Origin: an uncultured Candidatus Binatia bacterium
GTDB taxonomy: Bacteria > Desulfobacterota > Binatia > Bin18
Reading direction: 5' to 3'
NCBI GenBank assembly: GCA_965200965.1
Contig: OZ241744.1
Coordinates: 3,520,562-3,584,561 of the forward strand
DNA length: 64,000 nucleotides
Part shown: positions 49,291 through 57,723 of the stretch, piece by piece
Position numbering within the stretch: the first letter of the stretch is position 1
Layout: each line of letters starts with the position of its first letter
Position numbers and translations under genes: made by a program
Notes under the pieces: generated by a model
The model's input: the letters and a program-made list of their open reading frames with translations, nothing else
Told to the model about the DNA's origin: nothing
Database searches by the model: none

Positions 49291-50163
49291 TTATCCGTCC
49301 TGCTGTGAGGGGGGAGAAGCGGTGTCTGCCAGCCGCCGCTGTATCGAGCGGTACATCCGCCGGCTCAGCCACAGCATGAACCTTGGGGACAGGCGGTTCA
49401 GCCACCACAGCAGCTTCCAGCCGCCCGGGACGATAATGATAGCCGCATTGCGGGCCACCGCGCTAAGCGCCTGCCGGGCAAACTCGGCCGGGTCCAGGGG
49501 CCGGGGCCACCTGACCAAGCTGTCTTGCTGCTCGGGCGACAGGCGCATGAGGTCTTTGCCATAGTGTCCGCCCCCGCGCAGAATCGGGGTCTGGATCAGG
49601 CCCGGACACAGGACGCTGACCCGTACCCCGGTCTCCGCGGCTTCGATGCGCAGCGAGGTCGAGAGGCCGACCACCGCGTGTTTGGTGACGGCATAGCTGA
49701 CGGCCAGCGGGGCGGGACACAGGCCGGCCATTGAGGCGGTATTGACGATATGCCCGTAGCCCTGTCGCAGCATCAGCGGATAGGCGGCCTGGACGCCGTT
49801 GATCACGCCGTGCAGGTTGACCTCAAGCACCAGCCGCCAGTCCTCAGGCTGGTACAGGCGGGCTTCGCCGCCGACGGCCAGCCCGGCATTATTGAAGATG
49901 TAGTCCACACGTCCGTGGGTCTGGACGGTGTCCCGGAGCAGCCGCTCAACCGCGGCGAAGTCGGTGACATCGACCTCAACCGCGTCGGCCGTCCCCCCGC
50001 CGGCGGTGATGCCCGCGGCCACTTCATGGGCCAGCCCAATCTGCCGGTCGGCCAGCACGATATGCGCGCCGCGCCGGACCAACTCTTCGGATACGGCCCG
50101 GCCAATGCCCGAGGCCGCGCCGGTGACAATGGCGACGCCGGCCTGAAAGGTGCGCAGTGGCAT
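49291..50163 (-). CDS. SDR family oxidoreductase
   Basis: The ATG at 50163 overlaps the upstream stop (TGATG). Has TGAASGIGRA, NNAG and YAVTKHAV motifs. Confidence 0.85.
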   Translation of the reverse strand: MPLRTFQAGVAIVTGAASGIGRAVSEELVRRGAHIVLADRQIGLAHEVAAGITAGGGTADAVEVDVTDFAAVERLLRDTVQTHGRVDYIFNNAGLAVGGEARLYQPEDWRLVLEVNLHGVINGVQAAYPLMLRQGYGHIVNTASMAGLCPAPLAVSYAVTKHAVVGLSTSLRIEAAETGVRVSVLCPGLIQTPILRGGGHYGKDLMRLSPEQQDSLVRWPRPLDPAEFARQALSAVARNAAIIIVPGGWKLLWWLNRLSPRFMLWLSRRMYRSIQRRLADTASPPSQQDG

Positions 50164-50663
50164 CAGATCAGAAAAGTCAGGTTGGGCAAGGGTTCTGCCG
50201 CGTTGACCAGCAACACCTGCTTCCAGAACATCTTGAGTTCGCCGTTGACCCAGCGCAGCTTGTGGATCGTCCGCCCGCCCCACTGGCGCAGCTCGTGTCT
50301 GGCCTGGACGGATAGCTCTAACAACAGGAAGTTTGAGCCGACGATACACTCGCCGGCGTCGGTCTTTTCGACCTCGATGTTCGAGATCAGCCGGCGCATG
50401 ACCGAGGCCGGCTCCTGGCTATAGCGGAAGCCGCTTTGGAGGAGCTTGATGCGCGTCGCAATCCGGGATCGGTTGTCGTAGATGTGCGACATCTGGCATC
50501 TGGGGTCGGTGTCGCCGCGTGGCTGGGCCGGCACCCAATAGGTGGCGTCGTCCTCCCACAGGGCTTCCCATTCGGCGTAGCAGGCCTCATCGGCCAGCCG
50601 CGCTTCCTTGTAGAGAAAAGCCTCAACCGCACGATAGTCGGTGTCTGACAGCATGGGGTTCAC
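50163..50663 (-). CDS. aromatic-ring-hydroxylating dioxygenase beta subunit
   Basis: 166-aa SnoaL-like fold with FLYKEARLADE... Overlaps the alpha subunit stop by 4 nt. Confidence 0.8.
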   Translation of the reverse strand: MNPMLSDTDYRAVEAFLYKEARLADEACYAEWEALWEDDATYWVPAQPRGDTDPRCQMSHIYDNRSRIATRIKLLQSGFRYSQEPASVMRRLISNIEVEKTDAGECIVGSNFLLLELSVQARHELRQWGGRTIHKLRWVNGELKMFWKQVLLVNAAEPLPNLTFLI

Positions 50664-51934
50664 CGGCTCATCACCGCGCGGTAGTGTTTCCAGAAGGCGC
50701 GGTTGGTGACCTCATCGGTGACGTGGGCCACGATCCGCCCCTGCTCGTCACGGTGTTCGCGGTGCTGGCCGCGGCTCAACTCCAGCCACTCGGGCTGGCG
50801 GGCGTACAGGCCGGCCTGGTTGCGGCTGGCAATGGTGATGTCCTCGGGCAGCAGAAAGGAGGCCGGGCCCATAGCCGCTTCGCTCTGGCGCAGCAGCCGG
50901 GCGTTCAGCTCTGGTGCGCCCTTGAGAAACATGGGCGTATGCCACTGGATCGATTCCTCGGCGCTGAGCGGATAGAACAGGGCGATGTTCATCTCGGCCA
51001 GGAACAGGTTGGGGAAGATCAGGGCGTGGGGCGGGCCTTCAAACACCCGTCGCTGGGCTTCGGCCTTGCCGCACCTGTGCTCCAGGGCCGACAGGTAGGC
51101 GGCGTATTTGTCAGGAGCGGCACCAAACCACTCAAACGGTTTTTGGTAGCCCAGCGCCCATTCAATCTCGGTATGGCCGTTGCCCCAGTCGCGCACAATG
51201 CCCTTATTGCTGCCCTCGTCGCCGACAAAGCGCTGATAGTGGGAGCCGGCCGCCTTGAGAATGGCGCTATGCACAAAGCCCAGATGATAGCCGTCGGTAT
51301 CGTTCTCGGGGATCATCTTCCAGTTTGACTGGTAGCGGTGTTTGATCCAGCCGGCGCGGAGATCAAGCTCGCCCTCGGGCGACAGGTTACAGGCGCGGTC
51401 AATGATCAGGCTGGCGCTGCCCAGGTGCTCGGCCAGCGACGGGCCGTGGAGGCTCAGGCTGGCGAACACAAAGCCCCGGTAGCTGTCGCAGCGAGCGACC
51501 CGCGACAGGCCATAGTCGGCCTTGTTGAAGTCCGGGCCATAGGCCCCGGGGTAGGGCACACCGGTCAGCCTGCCGCTCAGGTTATACGTCCAGCCGTGGT
51601 AGGGGCAGGTAAACGCCCGGGCGTTGCCCGAGTCTGCCGGGCAGACCATGGTGCCGCGGTGGGCGCAGCGGTTGAGAAAGACCGACACGGCGGCGGCTTT
51701 GTCACGGACCATGAGCACCGGTTGGCGGCCGATCTGACGGGTCACATAGTCGCCCGGCTGGGGGATCTCGCTCTCGTGGCCGACAAACACCCACACCCGG
51801 TAGAAGATTTTTTCGAGTTCCTGCTCAAAGATGTGCGGGTCGGTGTAGAGCGAGGCGTGAACTTTGTCGTCGTGAACCAGGGTCTCAACGACCGGTGTCT
51901 CAAACTGGCTTCCGTTGTGTGTGGCCTGCTGCAT
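50660..51934 (-). CDS. Rieske (2Fe-2S) aromatic-ring-hydroxylating dioxygenase alpha subunit
   Basis: Rieske motif CAHRGTMVC...CPYHGWTY, and a catalytic-domain DGYHLGFVH. Confidence 0.85.
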   Translation of the reverse strand: MQQATHNGSQFETPVVETLVHDDKVHASLYTDPHIFEQELEKIFYRVWVFVGHESEIPQPGDYVTRQIGRQPVLMVRDKAAAVSVFLNRCAHRGTMVCPADSGNARAFTCPYHGWTYNLSGRLTGVPYPGAYGPDFNKADYGLSRVARCDSYRGFVFASLSLHGPSLAEHLGSASLIIDRACNLSPEGELDLRAGWIKHRYQSNWKMIPENDTDGYHLGFVHSAILKAAGSHYQRFVGDEGSNKGIVRDWGNGHTEIEWALGYQKPFEWFGAAPDKYAAYLSALEHRCGKAEAQRRVFEGPPHALIFPNLFLAEMNIALFYPLSAEESIQWHTPMFLKGAPELNARLLRQSEAAMGPASFLLPEDITIASRNQAGLYARQPEWLELSRGQHREHRDEQGRIVAHVTDEVTNRAFWKHYRAVMSR

Positions 51935-52062
51935 GGGCGGTCTCCTTGTGCTATGTGGCGGGCTACTGGCCGGCCCCCCGCGCCTGTCTGCTGCTCTGGC
52001 AAGCAGCCTAGCACACTCGGCGAGCAGGACCTAGCCGCCCGGCGGGCGTTTTTCCCTCACAT

Positions 52063-52098
52063 GCAGGGCAGGTCGGCGTAGCCGCGCGTAAGCCGACA
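52063..52098 (+). repeat. left copy of an imperfect direct repeat flanking the defence islet
   Basis: gcagggcaggtcggcgtagccgcgcgtaagccgaca compared with 55705-55745 gcagggcgcagatcggcgtagctgtcaggcgtaagccgaca. Shared blocks are gcagggc, tcggcgtagc and cgtaagccgaca. Confidence 0.6.
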
Positions 52099-52150
52099 GG
52101 ACGCTTGACCATATATTGAGCAGGTGTGTAGCCTGGCATTCGGAGTAAAG

Positions 52151-52507
52151 ATGATGCACATCACTGAGGCGTTGATTGCCCGGATGGTGCGGGTCATTGT
52201 GGCCGAGGTAGACCCCGAGCAGGTGATGCTGTTCGGCTCCCGGGCCCGGGGCGAGGCGCGGGCGGATTCGGATGTGGACCTGATCGTTGTCGAGGCCGAA
52301 CCCTTTGGGCCGGGCCGCAGCCGCCGCAAGGAGTTGACCCGCGTCAGCCTGGCGTTGTTCGATTTCGAGATCCCTGTTGACGTTCTGCTCTACAGCCGCG
52401 ACGAAATAGACTATTGGCACAATTCCCCCAACCATGTGATTGCCCGTGCCCTGCGGGAAGGCAAGCTGCTGTATGAGCGACCTGAAACAGGCCAGAATGC
52501 TGCTTGA
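52151..52507 (+). CDS. minimal nucleotidyltransferase (MNT antitoxin-type), copy 1
   Basis: GSRARGEARADSDVDL (the GSxxxG...DxD NTase motif). GGAG upstream. Confidence 0.75.
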   Translation: MMHITEALIARMVRVIVAEVDPEQVMLFGSRARGEARADSDVDLIVVEAEPFGPGRSRRKELTRVSLALFDFEIPVDVLLYSRDEIDYWHNSPNHVIARALREGKLLYERPETGQNAA

Positions 52508-52609
52508 GGCCGCTGGACGGGACCTTTCGACCGTGAAGCCGCTCTGGACTTGGCGCAGTCATTATTTGACCGTGTGCAACGCCTCTTGGGCGAGACGGAA
52601 GGAACCTGA
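52473..52609 (+). pseudogene. HEPN toxin gene remnant (core deleted)
   Basis: A HEPN-like start MSDLKQARMLLEAAGRDLS is joined out of frame near 52530 to a HEPN-like end EAALDLAQSLFDRVQRLLGETEGT*. The core, where the R-x(4-6)-H motif would lie, is absent. Confidence 0.45.
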
Positions 52610-52614
52610 GCGGG

Positions 52615-52977
52615 ATGCACGTCACTGAGGCGTTGATTGCCCAGATGGTGCGGGCCATTGTGGATGAGGTAGACCCCGAGCAGGTGATGCTGTTTGGCTC
52701 CCGGGCCCGGGGCGAGGCGCGGGCGGATTCGGATGTGGACCTGATCGTTGTCGAGGCCGAACCCTTCGGGCCGAGCCGCAGCCGTCACCGGGAGATGGTC
52801 AGGCTCTATCATGCGTTGGCGGGTTTTCGGGTTGGCATTGACGTGCTGGTCTACTCGCGTGACGATGTGGCGTACTGGCGCGATTCGCTCAACCATGTGT
52901 TGGCGCGCGCACTGCGGGAGGGGAAGGTGCTGTATGAGCGACCTCCAAGAAAGAGCATGGGCAAAAACGTGGCTTGA
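52615..52977 (+). CDS. minimal nucleotidyltransferase (MNT antitoxin-type), copy 2
   Basis: Same motifs as copy 1. The first 180 or so nt are nearly identical to copy 1. Confidence 0.75.
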   Translation: MHVTEALIAQMVRAIVDEVDPEQVMLFGSRARGEARADSDVDLIVVEAEPFGPSRSRHREMVRLYHALAGFRVGIDVLVYSRDDVAYWRDSLNHVLARALREGKVLYERPPRKSMGKNVA

Positions 52978-53011
52978 TGCAGGGGTTGCTTACCGGCGAG
53001 TGGTGAGTTAG
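52934..53011 (+). pseudogene. second HEPN gene stub (25 codons)
   Basis: MSDLQERAWAKTWLDAG... starts like copy 1's HEPN and terminates at TAG 53009-53011, just where GC content drops. Confidence 0.4.
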
Positions 53012-53143
53012 AGTGCGGCTGAGCTTGGCGAGTATAAAGCAGAAAGACGGGTCTCATGCGAAGATCTTGGGACGGGTTGCCCCGCTGTAGCCAGTGAATG
53101 TATAAATCCACAACCTCCAATAAGACGACCAAAGACGGGGTAG

Positions 53144-54205
53144 ATGAGCTTGAGCGTATCACAAATTTTTCCAGGAATCGAAACCGGCTTAAACAACATG
53201 GGATTCCTTTTCGGTGCGGGTACGTCAAAAGAGGCAGGGTTTCCGCTTATGCAAGATATTACCAGGACAGTGGTCGGCAATCTGTCTCGCGTGAATAGAG
53301 AAACACTGGACAATCTCCTCAGCCAGGAAAGGTTGAGCTACGACGAGACCACTGGAGACCCGAACATCGAAATCCTTTCAGATTCTGTAAGGAGGTATTT
53401 TGTGGATACACAGAACAATAGCTACAGTGAGCTAGAAAGCGAAATTCGTAGAGCAATCGTTGGAACGATTCTCGATGTTAGAAACCCTGATCTGACCTAC
53501 CATATCCAATTTCTCAAGGCTCTAAAAAAAAGAGCAGGCGGTATGCCGCCTAGTACGCCTATTATCACAATCTTTACTACAAATTACGACATTCTTTTTG
53601 AGCTTGCTGCTGGAGAAGTGGGAGTTCGGATCGAGACGGGATTCGATGGCCCCTTGAGTAGATTTTTCAACCCCACAGTTTTCAATCTGCACAGGGGCGA
53701 AATAAGTAGTGGTGGAAGGAAGACAACCTTTGAGGAGAGCCACAAATTATGGATCAATCTCATCAAACTTCACGGCTCGATATCTTGGTTTAAGAAGGGA
53801 AATGCAACAATTGAGAGTGGGATTAACCTCCTTGACCAATGTCGATCACGAGAGATGATTCTTCCTCGCCGCCAAAAGATCATGGACACCTTAGCCCCGC
53901 CTTTCGATTCCTTATTCACTCGCTCTTCGCAGATGCTTGGATCGATCTGTAAGTATCTGGCAAGTTGTGGATTCAGTTTCAGTGACCAACATATCAACGA
54001 TCAATTGATTTTTCCAAAATTGCGGGAAGGAAGGATTCAACTAACCGCGCTTTGTGGAGAAACTCCCGAATGTTTGAACGATCTAAGACAGTTTGGGGCG
54101 TTTTGTGGGGCATTTCCCGATAACTGTTATATTGACGGCAAGGATACAAACAAAGGAACAGACCTTTGGAAATTCAGCGAATTTGTTCGCCTCTTGGAAC
54201 CATAA
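53144..54205 (+). CDS. SIR2-like (SIR2_2 family) defence-associated NADase candidate
   Basis: Motifs FLFGAGTSKEAGFP, IFTTNYDILFE, KLHGSISW and CGFSFSDQHIND. Low-GC segment. Confidence 0.75.
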   Translation: MSLSVSQIFPGIETGLNNMGFLFGAGTSKEAGFPLMQDITRTVVGNLSRVNRETLDNLLSQERLSYDETTGDPNIEILSDSVRRYFVDTQNNSYSELESEIRRAIVGTILDVRNPDLTYHIQFLKALKKRAGGMPPSTPIITIFTTNYDILFELAAGEVGVRIETGFDGPLSRFFNPTVFNLHRGEISSGGRKTTFEESHKLWINLIKLHGSISWFKKGNATIESGINLLDQCRSREMILPRRQKIMDTLAPPFDSLFTRSSQMLGSICKYLASCGFSFSDQHINDQLIFPKLREGRIQLTALCGETPECLNDLRQFGAFCGAFPDNCYIDGKDTNKGTDLWKFSEFVRLLEP

Positions 54206-54225
54206 TGACAAAAGGGGTTTGCAAT

Positions 54226-55725
54226 ATGAGCGACTATAAAATCGGAGAAGTGATAAGCGTTTCTGGCGAAAGAGTCTTCATCACCTTACTTGACTATGAC
54301 GATAAATCGGAGACAGGCGTTCCTTCGACCATGATGGTAAATGTTCTAACAGAAAACGGCCCGACTCCGTTACTGATCGGTCAGCCAGGAACTTTTGTGT
54401 CCATTGCACTATCCTCCGGTAAACTTCTGGCGATGATTACAACAATTGACATGAAGGAGACAGAATTGTTACAGGCTGAAATCAAGCTGCGGGGTATGAA
54501 CGCGGAGGCGGTAGACCTGATCTACTTGGACCCGCCCTTCAACAGCAATCAGACCTATGCCGCACCCATCGGCTCCGAGGCGGCAGGTGCGGCCTTCAAA
54601 GATACCTGGACGCTCGATGATGTAGACGTGGCTTGGCACGGCGAGATTGCCGAGCAGGAGCCGGCCCTCTACGCGATTATTGATGCTGCCGGCCTCAGCC
54701 ACTCGCCGGGCATGAAGAGCTACCTGATTATGATGGCGGTGCGATTGCTGGAGATGCGCCGGGTGCTCAAGCCGACCGGCTCCATCTACTTGCATTGCAA
54801 TCAAGATGCCGGCCACTACCTGAAACTCCTCATGGATGCCGTGTTCGGGAAGAAGGCGTTTATCACAGAAGTGGTGTGGAATTACGGCACTCCATCCGGG
54901 GGGCGCTCCGCTGGGAAAAAGCCGATCAAAGTGCATGACGTGCTGTTGGTCTATGCAAAGCGGTATGGGCAACACCTGTACAACCGGCAATTCACGCCGT
55001 ACAGCGAGCAATACAAAGCTTGGTTCCGTCACGACGATGGCGACGGGCGATTGTATCAGACCCGTTCACGGAAAGGCAAAATCGTCAAGCAATACCTTGA
55101 TGAAAGCCCTGGAATCCCTCTTTCAACCTGTTGGTCAGACATTATGCAGATATACGGACAGCAAGGCTGGTTTCCCACCACACAAAAGGAGCGCACCGGC
55201 TACCCCACCCAGAAGCCCCTTGCGCTGTTAGAGCGCATCATCACCGCCAGCAGCAATCCCGGCGACATCGTGCTGGACCCCTTCTGCGGCTGCGCCACGG
55301 CCCTCGTCACCGCGGAACACCTGAACCGCCAATGGGTCGGCATTGACCTCTCCCCGGTGGCCGCCCGGCTGGTCAAGAGCCGCCTGGAGAAAGAGATGGG
55401 GCTGTTCTACGATGTGCATCACCGCCAGGACATCCCCCGGCGGAGCGACCTGGGCGAACTGCCGCACTACAAGACGCATAAGCATAGCTTGTTCGGTCGG
55501 CAGGAAGGGCTGTGCGGCGGGTGTGGTGTGGCCTTCCCGTTTCGCAACTTCACCATTGACCACATTGTCTCCCGGGCCAAGGGCGGCACGGATCATTTCG
55601 ACAACCTGCAACTGCTGTGCGGGGCGTGCAACAGCGCCAAGGGGCGGGGCACGCAGGCGGAACTCAAGGCGCGGCTGCGGGCGCAAGGGGTGATTGGGAA
55701 GGGGGCAGGGCGCAGATCGGCGTAG
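54226..55725 (+). CDS. chimeric ORF: HerA-type N-terminal HAS-barrel (about 82 aa) fused to a beta-class N4/N6 DNA methyltransferase and a C-terminal HNH nuclease
   Basis: MSDYKIGEVISVSGERVFITL...GQPGTFVSIALSSGKLLAMITTIDMKE (HerA N-terminal pattern, low GC). From about 54470, at higher GC: VDLIYLDPPFNSN (motif IV), DPFCGCATALVTAE (motif I), and HNH CGGCG...IDHIVSRAKGGTDHFDNLQLLCGACNSAKG. An alternative ATG at 54205 overlaps the SIR2 stop. Confidence 0.75.
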   Translation: MSDYKIGEVISVSGERVFITLLDYDDKSETGVPSTMMVNVLTENGPTPLLIGQPGTFVSIALSSGKLLAMITTIDMKETELLQAEIKLRGMNAEAVDLIYLDPPFNSNQTYAAPIGSEAAGAAFKDTWTLDDVDVAWHGEIAEQEPALYAIIDAAGLSHSPGMKSYLIMMAVRLLEMRRVLKPTGSIYLHCNQDAGHYLKLLMDAVFGKKAFITEVVWNYGTPSGGRSAGKKPIKVHDVLLVYAKRYGQHLYNRQFTPYSEQYKAWFRHDDGDGRLYQTRSRKGKIVKQYLDESPGIPLSTCWSDIMQIYGQQGWFPTTQKERTGYPTQKPLALLERIITASSNPGDIVLDPFCGCATALVTAEHLNRQWVGIDLSPVAARLVKSRLEKEMGLFYDVHHRQDIPRRSDLGELPHYKTHKHSLFGRQEGLCGGCGVAFPFRNFTIDHIVSRAKGGTDHFDNLQLLCGACNSAKGRGTQAELKARLRAQGVIGKGAGRRSA

Positions 55726-55745
55726 CTGTCAGGCGTAAGCCGACA
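55705..55745 (+). repeat. right copy of the imperfect direct repeat flanking the defence islet
   Basis: See 52063-52098. This copy spans the MTase-HNH stop codon. Confidence 0.6.
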
Positions 55746-55778
55746 CGGCGGGTGATGTCGGATTACGCTACGCTGATC
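55715..55778. terminator. REP-like long imperfect palindrome between convergent genes (possible bidirectional terminator)
   Basis: Inner stem gcgtaagccgaca (55733-55745) pairs with tgtcggattacgc (55756-55768): 13 bp with 1 mismatch and a 10-nt loop. Outer stem gatcggcgta (55715-55724) pairs with tacgctgatc (55769-55778). No U-tract. Confidence 0.45.
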
Positions 55779-55845
55779 CGCCCTGCTGTGAGCGAGGGGA
55801 GAGGGGAATCAGGGGAATATCATCAGATGAATCCGGGTTCAGACA

Positions 55846-55974
55846 TCAGCGGGCGGCGTGATCGTCGGGCGGCGGTGCTTCTGTGCCGGTCAGCACGCGG
55901 TAGAAACAGAAGCCGACAAGCCCGACGACAAAGCTGACCGATACCAGCATGGAAATCCACCCTCCGGCTGTCAT
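55846..55974 (-). CDS. 42-aa single-TM small subunit downstream of the NSS transporter (MetS / MaAIMP_sms-like)
   Basis: Not in the ORF track because it is under 60 aa. ATG at 55974 after GAGGAGA, 13 nt past the transporter stop. Sequence MTAGGWISMLVSVSFVVGLVGFCFYRVLTGTEAPPPDDHAAR*. Confidence 0.5.
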   Translation of the reverse strand: MTAGGWISMLVSVSFVVGLVGFCFYRVLTGTEAPPPDDHAAR

Positions 55975-55986
55975 TGGCGTGTCTCC

Positions 55987-57618
55987 TCAAGGACGGAATG
56001 TGTCATCAGATCGCACGGCAGGCGAGGCGTTCCGTCCTTCGTCATCCATCGGCAGACGCCCGTCAATATCCAGGCCGGCGGCCCGCCAGCGTCGCTCGCC
56101 GATGCGGGTTATGACGGCGAGCAGGAGCAGGACGACGGCGATAAAGCCCACGGTCCAGCGGGCGACGGCGTTCTGGCTCAGGCCGTGGAGGTAGTCGGGG
56201 AGGCTCTGGAAGCAGAAGCCAACGATAACGACGAGCAGGTAGGCCGGCGAGAGATATTTGATGATGAAGCGGAAGAAATGGGGGATGCGGAGCAAGGCCC
56301 CGCGGTGGGCCTCGGCCAGACCCCGGTCAATGCCGAAGACCCAGCCGAAGCAGATAATCAGCGCGGTGGCCATGACGAAAATGCCAAGCGTGCCAACCCA
56401 GAAGTCCATCGTGTCGAGGGCGACGAGGTCCTGGCTGAAGTACAGCACCCACAGCGAGCCGAAGGTGGACAGCAGGCCGAGACAGGCGATGGCGGTGGAG
56501 CGGGGCATAGCCAGGGCTTCGGACAGGAAGGCGAATATTGGCTGGAGCATGGACAGGGAGCTGGTGACGCCGGCCAGGAACAGCATGAGGAAGAAAATGG
56601 CACCGATGATCTGCCCGAAGACGCCCATGTGGGCGAAGACGACCGGCAGGGTGTGAAAGCCGAGGCCGAAGCTGCTGCCGACGGCGATGCCGGCCCCCAG
56701 AAAGATGAAGGCCGCAGGGATGGTAATCAGGCCGCCGAGGGCGACTTCAACGAACTCGTTGGTGGAGGAGGCGGTCAGCCCGGACAGCACCACATCGTCT
56801 TTTTTGCTGAGGTAGGAGGCGTAGTTGATGATGACGCCAAAGCCGACCGACAGGCTGAAGAAGACTTGGCTGGCCGCGGCTAACCAAGTCTTGAAGTCGC
56901 CGAGTTTGGAGAGGTCGGGGTTCCACATGAAGCCGAGGCCGCCCAGGACATTCTGGTCGGGCAGGCTGGGGTCGGGCGTGCCCAGGGTCAGGACGCGGGC
57001 GAGCACAATCAGGGCGCAGACGAGCATGGTCGGCATGGCGATCTTGCAGAAGGTCTCGATGCCTTTGGCCAGACCACGCCAGATGAACCACAGGTTGAAG
57101 GCGACGGTGGCCAGCAGAAACAGCACGCCGGGGTGCAGGCTGCCGTTCAGGGTCAGGCCGTTGGCCTTGTCGCCGGTCACCGCGGTAAAGAAGTCGCCCG
57201 ACTGGGCGGTGTACCGGGTCGGGTCTGGACCAAGGTCAATGCTGCCGGTCAGGTAGGCAACAAAGTAGCGCAGGCACCACGATTCGATCAGCACATAGTA
57301 CATGTAGACGATGAGCGGGACGAGCAGGCCGAGGACGCCGCTGTAGCGGGCCGTCGATCCCCTGCCGACGATGCCCAGAATGGCCGGGGCGGAATGCAGG
57401 CCCTTGCGCCCGCCGTAGCGGCCGAGGCTCCACTCCGCCCAGCAGATCGGGATGCCCAGAAACAGCAGGGCGCAGAAGTAGGGGATCATGAACGCCCCGC
57501 CGCCGTTCTGGGCGACTTGGCCGGGAAAGCGCAGAAAATTGCCCATGCCTACCGCGGACCCCGCTACGGCTAAAATGACCCCGACCCGACTCCCCCAACG
57601 CTCCTGCTGTTCAGTCAT
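55987..57618 (-). CDS. sodium-dependent transporter, NSS/SNF family
   Basis: Start at MTEQQERWGSRVGVILAVAGSAVGMGNFLRFP, with the canonical NSS TM1 motif. 12 TM-like segments. Confidence 0.9.
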   Translation of the reverse strand: MTEQQERWGSRVGVILAVAGSAVGMGNFLRFPGQVAQNGGGAFMIPYFCALLFLGIPICWAEWSLGRYGGRKGLHSAPAILGIVGRGSTARYSGVLGLLVPLIVYMYYVLIESWCLRYFVAYLTGSIDLGPDPTRYTAQSGDFFTAVTGDKANGLTLNGSLHPGVLFLLATVAFNLWFIWRGLAKGIETFCKIAMPTMLVCALIVLARVLTLGTPDPSLPDQNVLGGLGFMWNPDLSKLGDFKTWLAAASQVFFSLSVGFGVIINYASYLSKKDDVVLSGLTASSTNEFVEVALGGLITIPAAFIFLGAGIAVGSSFGLGFHTLPVVFAHMGVFGQIIGAIFFLMLFLAGVTSSLSMLQPIFAFLSEALAMPRSTAIACLGLLSTFGSLWVLYFSQDLVALDTMDFWVGTLGIFVMATALIICFGWVFGIDRGLAEAHRGALLRIPHFFRFIIKYLSPAYLLVVIVGFCFQSLPDYLHGLSQNAVARWTVGFIAVVLLLLAVITRIGERRWRAAGLDIDGRLPMDDEGRNASPAVRSDDTFRP

Positions 57619-57723
57619 GCTGCTGTCTTCCCTCTGAGACACAATGAGGCAGGCCGTATGTCCACTGCCCGAAGCCGATACCGATTTGTATACCGCCTCG
57701 GGCGGCACGCATCCGACTAGCCA

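Noticed and set aside
52063-55778. Calling the defence islet a mobile genetic element.
   Set aside because: It has flanking direct repeats and atypical GC, but I could find no integrase, transposase, recombinase, tRNA target or terminal inverted repeats. I left it as an islet or recombination hotspot.
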